Source: Lingula anatina
Taxonomy: Eukaryota > Animalia > Brachiopoda
NCBI GenBank assembly: GCA_051362555.1
Contig: CM120642.1
Location: forward strand, 10,726,001-10,790,000
DNA length: 64,000 nt
Direction of reading: 5' to 3'
Under the pieces are notes generated by a model. That model did not search any database and was not told the DNA's origin. It was given only the letters and a program-made list of their open reading frames with translations. The position numbers and the translations under genes are program-made. Shown piece after piece: positions 62,859 to 64,000 of the stretch (position 1 is its first letter; each line of letters opens with the position of its first letter).

Positions 62859-64000
62859 ACTGCTTACTAGAGATTTCTACAAAAGCTGCACCGTAAGCAG
62901 ACAAGTTCACCTGTTTGACCGTCTGGCAGGTGCCCGCTCGTACACTGTGCTTATGTATTAGACAAATGCCTGCTGCCGAATCAACATATGTACGTATGCT
63001 GACAATAACCAATTCATGGATGACAGTGTGGTACTTATTCTTATCATAATTTAACAACCTGAATTTTTAATGGTCGAGGCACCGTTAGCGTGTTATTGTA
63101 AAGCACGAAGGTGGTGTTATAACGATTTGTTTCATTTAAACCGTGACAGCGTTTGCAAGCATCATAATTAATAAAGTGCTTCATCTGTTTTTTATGCTAA
63201 TAAAAATGAGCATTCTCTGTTCTTGTCGTTTACCTAATAATTATGCTAATGAAATATATAATGCAATCAAACAAACGAGCAGTTGTTTTGGTTTTACAGT
63301 GGATCACTATGAACCATATTTTTATGTGATTTGTGTTCGTTGCATTTGTCATTCTCGACAACAGCGAAAGTGAAAAAAGAATGTGAAGATAGCTGTTCAC
63401 ACGGCACCATCTTTGACGAGAATCATTCCAGGTTTTCAAAAAGGCGGGGGGGGGGGAGCTATTTATTTATTCATTTCATTGTTTAGATGGTGGGTGCAAT
63501 GTTAGAATGTTTTTATGGATTTCACTGTCTTCTCTTCTTCTTCTTCTTCTCTTTGATGCTTAAAATGTACTGCAGTGGGTGTCGCTTTTCGATACTTTGT
63601 TCTGACAACTCTGACAGCTGTCACACAGAGCTCCACAGTGTAAAAATTCCGTTTAAAAGATTATAGATCAATAAAATTTAGATGAAAAGATAATGGACAT
63701 TGGTATTATTCGACCCTTGAGAAAAAGACCTCACTAAATTCTTGCCAGTGAATTTTTCCATATGAAAGAGATATTGTCCAAAAACGTCTGAACTGCTATA
63801 GATAAACTTACCCTCACGAAACCCACTTTTTTAAAACAGTACTTGTGTTATCATTATTGTCGTGAGTCGTTTAAAATACGGAATTAACATAATATATACC
63901 AATTAGATTTAAATGCTGCTTGTCCGTGGGTATTTTATTGATGTAAATTAAGAGAATGGTGCCGTTTGGATTCAACGCGGGTTTGTAGCACTGTTATCAA

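Overview
AT-rich, intron-containing animal genomic DNA, most plausibly a marine lophotrochozoan such as a mollusc (inferred from gene content and repeat types). Spliced genes reconstructed by hand with phase-consistent splice junctions: (1) a partial + strand precursor ending in a double cystine-knot-like peptide (C-C-CC-C-C twice), invisible to the ORF track (exons 4677-4728, 7582-7635, 16116-16335); (2) a secreted PAN/Apple + C-type lectin (18077-20887, -); (3) a 9-exon spinster-like MFS transporter (33065-39703, -) with a GC-AG intron and an intronic 5'-truncated LINE with an intact frame; (4) WDR31 (40754-45015, +), head-to-head with the transporter; (5) two tandem ninjurin-like paralogs, each with a duplicated alternative first exon; (6) three secreted Tyr/Pro/Gly-rich low-complexity proteins (54.9-62.9 kb, -). 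Repeats: a ~10.3 kb array of ~6.8 x 1.52 kb units, each with a tRNA-Asn-like sequence and a T-shaped palindrome; a 3.9 kb long-TIR Academ-like element holding a decayed Tc1; a Helentron-type HINE; several MITEs and microsatellites. No database searches were run; family names come from recalled motifs.
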